Shown: one piece after another, positions 62,780-64,000 of the stretch
Position numbering within the stretch: position 1 is the stretch's first letter
How the letters are laid out: each line of letters starts with the position of its first letter
Origin: Candidatus Delongbacteria bacterium
GTDB lineage: Bacteria; CAIWAD01
Assembly: GCA_963663545.1 (NCBI GenBank)
Contig: OY760505.1
Location: 1,088,001 to 1,152,000, forward strand
DNA: 64,000 nt
Reading direction: 5' to 3'
Notes under the pieces: generated by a model
The model's input: only the letters and a program-made list of their open reading frames with translations
The model's database searches: none
What the model was told of the DNA's origin: nothing
Position numbers and translations under genes: made by a program

Positions 62780-64000
62780 TTATGAGAGCTGGCTGAGATA
62801 GTCAGACTGCGATTGCAGCGTCGCTAGAGTGGTCTCCATCGCGATGTATTGCTGCTCCATCGCCGCACGGGTCGCCTCTAAGCGGCGCTCCATGTCCTCG
62901 ATCTGCTCGTCAAAATTGGCGATGCTTTCTTCCAGACGATCCATCTGGAAATGAATGGCGCCTTCCTGATCGTCCGTCAGGCGGGAGCTAAGGGATTCGT
63001 GCAGAGGCGCAATGCCCAAGCCCAGCGTAATGAGAACGCTAAGCGTGCCTTCCTCTTCCGGCGGATCGAAGTAGAGGCGCAGGCCTTCGGCCCTTGTGCC
63101 CTCGGCGCCCAGAATGAAGCGTCCTTCGATCTCTGCCTCTACGCCGTCAATGGTGGCAGCACTAATGCTGCCGTCGGCGTCATAGGTCATCTCGACCTGG
63201 TACTCGCCACCTGAAGTACGATCACTATGCGAGAAATAACTAAGCGCATCATTGCTGGTGGAGCTGGTCAAGGTGAAGAGCTGACCGAAATCCTCGAAGC
63301 TCTCCGAAAGCACGTCATCCAGCTTGGTGGAATCAATTTCCAGGATTCCATCTTCACTCAACGAAATGCCCACTTCACTCAGGCTGGTAAACTGGAAGCC
63401 CTCGCCCAGCCCTTCGACCGGACGTGTGGCCGCCTTCAGCAGACGGTTCTTCAGACTGCGAGTACCGCTATCTCCGAATAGCGCACCTGCTTCTTCGTCT
63501 TCCAGATCGTAAGTATCGTAGTCGTCGATCAGGCTCAACACCCCGTTGAAGGCATCCACCCAGCCTTGGATGCGCTCCTTCACCGTGGCGTTGTCGCGGG
63601 TAATGGAGATCTGAATGATATCGCCATCGCTGACATCGTTGAGCTCAAGGGTAACGCCTTCCAGCACGTCACTGACCTCGTTGCTGTCGGATTCAATCCA
63701 ACCGGTGGGCGGGTAGCCATCCACGCGAATCTGCGCGTTCTGACCGGTCGTGATCTGGCTGAAGCCCTCCTCGCCGAAGCCTTCGAGGGTAGTGGCCTCA
63801 TCAATGACGATCTGCGAGCTCGTGCCGGTCTCGGTGCTGGTTAGAATCAGGTGATAGGCCGTGTCACTACCGCTGCCATCGTTGATGATGGTGGCGCGCA
63901 CGCCCGGGTTGTCGGAATCGTTATTGATCAGCTGCTTCAGCTCGGCCAGAGTTGTACCGTTGGCCACATTGAGCGTCACGGTCTCCTGATCCTCGCCCGT
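62780..64000 (-). CDS. fliD: Flagellar filament cap FliD (5' end outside window)
   Basis: IN...NPGVRATIINDG, SDSNEVSDVLEGVTLEL, GALFGD, LEIDSTKL, C-terminal coiled coil ending LQSQ. Confidence 0.93.
   Translation of the reverse strand, partial: TGEDQETVTLNVANGTTLAELKQLINNDSDNPGVRATIINDGSGSDTAYHLILTSTETGTSSQIVIDEATTLEGFGEEGFSQITTGQNAQIRVDGYPPTGWIESDSNEVSDVLEGVTLELNDVSDGDIIQISITRDNATVKERIQGWVDAFNGVLSLIDDYDTYDLEDEEAGALFGDSGTRSLKNRLLKAATRPVEGLGEGFQFTSLSEVGISLSEDGILEIDSTKLDDVLSESFEDFGQLFTLTSSTSNDALSYFSHSDRTSGGEYQVEMTYDADGSISAATIDGVEAEIEGRFILGAEGTRAEGLRLYFDPPEEEGTLSVLITLGLGIAPLHESLSSRLTDDQEGAIHFQMDRLEESIANFDEQIEDMERRLEATRAAMEQQYIAMETTLATLQSQSDYLSQLS

Overview
Bacterial chromosomal window, roughly 55-60% GC by eye. 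T9SS-like 'PNPFNP' C-terminal domains, outer-membrane barrels and flagellar genes suggest an FCB-group lineage (inference). Core genes include hflKC, two complete 2-oxoacid/pyruvate dehydrogenase operons of different type (E1-alpha/beta and aceE), queD, perR-ahpC, tRNA-Ser(GGA), two hemerythrins and fliD-fliS-flgM. There is also a block of secreted/surface protein genes, some decaying. A 13-kb one-strand defence island carries type III R-M (Res/Mod), AbiEi with an internally deleted AbiEii, DUF1016, RloA/RloB (AbiL-like), a RelE-like-UvrD fusion and a PLD-zinc-finger nuclease. The best candidate for an undescribed system is a five-gene operon at 50416-58715: diheme-b-type membrane protein, membrane-anchored Fe-S/FAD NADPH oxidoreductase, 20-heme and 37-heme cytochromes c, and an outer-membrane barrel. 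It reads as a cytoplasm-to-surface electron conduit, and its 37-heme subunit is built from 216-bp tandem repeats. Other signals are a window-wide over-represented degenerate palindrome GTRWYAC (GTATCAC/GTGATAC about 79 times by hand count versus about 6 expected), two copies of a 110-bp TA-flanked MITE, an orphan DarT-like ORF and a FlgM with a duplicated sigma-binding motif. All family calls come from recognised motifs; no database searches were run.
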